The notes under the pieces were generated by a model. It was not told the DNA's origin. It saw nothing but the letters and a program-made list of their open reading frames with translations, and searched no databases. This document shows, piece by piece, positions 62,174 through 64,000 of a stretch of 64,000 bases of DNA. Both the position numbers and the translations under genes were made by a program. Origin of the DNA: Raja brachyura (Eukaryota); the NCBI GenBank assembly GCA_963514005.1, contig OY740783.1, positions 40,114,001-40,178,000 of the forward strand, written 5' to 3'. Position 1 is the first letter of the stretch, and every line of letters begins with the position of its first letter.

Positions 62174-63405
62174 ATCTCAAAATCAAACTCACTCATTAAT
62201 TCAGGCAATGTCCCAATGTTTCTCCATAATGTATGCAAAACATCAATAGAAATACTCTCTGTTGGGAGCTGCAATTATTAAATAGACATCACTTTAAGAC
62301 CCAGCCTGCACCTTCCAATAGTTTGAGTGGATTCCTGTGGCATTTATCTCAAAACATTGACAACCCATTAAACTGCTTTGTAGGTTGGTAATTTAGCTGT
62401 TCTAGAATCAGTAATCAAAAGACTGCAAATAATTAAAAATGAGAACATTGAAGTGTTTCAAAAAGGCAATGTAAGGTTCATGTTGTATTTCTTGCATAGG
62501 TAGCCTCATTCTACCATCTTTGGAATACCAGCATGGAAAGGCCCACTTAATACAATGAATAATTCTCAGCAGAAAGTTCTTCCTCATCACATATAGCAAT
62601 TCTTTGAATTGCAGATGTTACGCTCAACTGTGCCTTGCACACACAGGAAAATATTTATTACATGTTTATATATCATTCCAAGTGTTATAAAAGGTAATGA
62701 CACACATTATTGCTTCCTCAAGATTTAAAACATATTTCTTCTTCCTCTTGCGTATGGCGTGCACAGCCTAAAGTTGCAAGTCAACTTGTTCTATTTGATC
62801 TATTTGTTTGTGCACGTAGGGTTGATTGCATTAGTCAAAACAGGGTGGACCACGTGAAGGTTGCAATCTTCCACCCCCAAAAAAAACCCATATTTAATTT
62901 CAGGACATTCTAATTACACAGTTGACAGCAAAAGCATTTATTCTCTGAGAGATTGAGTAAATTTGGCATATGGCTGCTGAAGATTACATTTTAACCTGGT
63001 TAAACAGAAGGGAATTTAATCAGAACAAATCTATTTTGGATTTTTTCCAGAGAGTTTTCGAACAGCACATCAGCAGCACACGATTAGAATACATGTGCTT
63101 TGGTATTATTTGGCCTCGAAGAAAATATTACAAGAAAAACTAGTGTGAACTTTACAGCCCAACTGAAAACATGCACATATTAATGACCCTAAATAGGGAA
63201 ACAAAGAAACTCAAAACTTGGGTGGAGTTGTAAGGTCTAATCTATTAAAAATATTTTTTGTTATGGTGGTCTTAAAGATACAATTTTTGTATCAGATAAA
63301 ATGATGAAGTGCACTACCAATATAAATAAATGCAACAAGATATAAATAACTAACAACTAACATGTACATGCAACACATATGACCAAAGTTGAGAATTAGA
63401 AGAGA

Positions 63406-64000
63406 CTAGACCAAGTGCAGACCCGTTGGGTCTGGTGCCCGAACATGCTTCAGTCGCGAAAATCGGCTGCGGGGAAAAAAAAGGCTGCGTTTTTGGAGGA
63501 GAGCTGCCGTTATGGTGTCTGGTCAGCAGGAGGCTACAAAATGAGTATGTATGTGTGTGTGTGTGTGTGTGGGGGGGGGGGGGGGTGAAGGATTTTATTT
63601 TAAAAAGTGTACATTAAAATGTCTAAATGTAATGAGGAGTGGATGGGTGAATGTAAAAGTGTAATGTGTGGCAAAATGGAAAATATCTCAGGGTTTGAAA
63701 GTGTGGTTTTGGCAAACCATGAATTCAAAGGGCAAATCTGACACACACACAGTTTTAATAGTATACTAGACCAAGTGCAGACCCGTTGGGTCTGGTCCCC
63801 GAATGTGCTTCAGTGGCGAAAATCTGCCGCAGGGAATGTGTGGCAAAATGGAAAGTATCTGGGGGTTTGAAAGTGTGGTTTTGGCGAACCATGGAATCAA
63901 AGGGCAAATCTGACACACACCCGGTCGGCCGGCAGACACAGACACAGACACACACACACACACAGTTTTAATAGTATACAAGTGCAGACCCGTTGGGTCT
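63406..64000 (-). mobile_element. Head-to-tail array of non-autonomous Helitron-like elements (runs off window)
   Basis: Minus-strand 3' end: hairpin CAGACCC-AAC-GGGTCTG, 8 nt, then CTAG followed by T. Units 63406-63765, 63766-63978 and 63979 onward. Each complete unit starts TATACTATTAAAA + (TG)n. Confidence 0.8.

Larger units (their letters stand above)
40619..64000 (-). other. FBXL17: Intron upstream of the FBXL17 exon (continues beyond window end)
   Basis: AG acceptor at 40620-40619. The preceding exon (…GFMGCSVTS…-like) was not seen by eye. Confidence 0.7.

Noticed and set aside
63406-64000. CRISPR-like repeat-spacer array (palindromic ~30-bp repeat three times)
   Set aside because: Eukaryotic context, no cas genes, and the 'spacers' are long and homologous to each other; better explained as Helitron termini.

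Overview
Vertebrate nuclear DNA, AT-rich and dense in transposable elements. The repeat set (CR1 LINEs, Rex1/Babar LINEs, Penelope elements, V-SINEs) points to a cartilaginous fish, probably a skate or ray (inference). The only host coding sequence I found is one 131-bp minus-strand exon (40488-40618), which the ORF track misses. It encodes a leucine-rich-repeat segment I recognise as FBXL17, so the window is most likely two very large FBXL17 introns. The recognisable long ORFs in the track are decayed retroelement or transposase fragments. Notable items: (1) about ten short Penelope-derived inserts, most carrying minimal hammerhead-ribozyme cores, several with their own target-site duplications (TSDs); (2) an 805-bp miniature Gypsy-type LTR element keeping an in-frame gag-N/pol-C micro-ORF; (3) a Hero-type LINE with an ~86-bp flanking duplication; (4) near-identical inverted CR1 copies bracketing the exon; (5) a palindromic Harbinger MITE next to the exon; (6) a hAT-like element with a 5-bp TSD; (7) a Tc1 transposon; (8) a head-to-tail Helitron array. 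Family names come from motif recognition, not database searches. Boundaries of old repeats are approximate.
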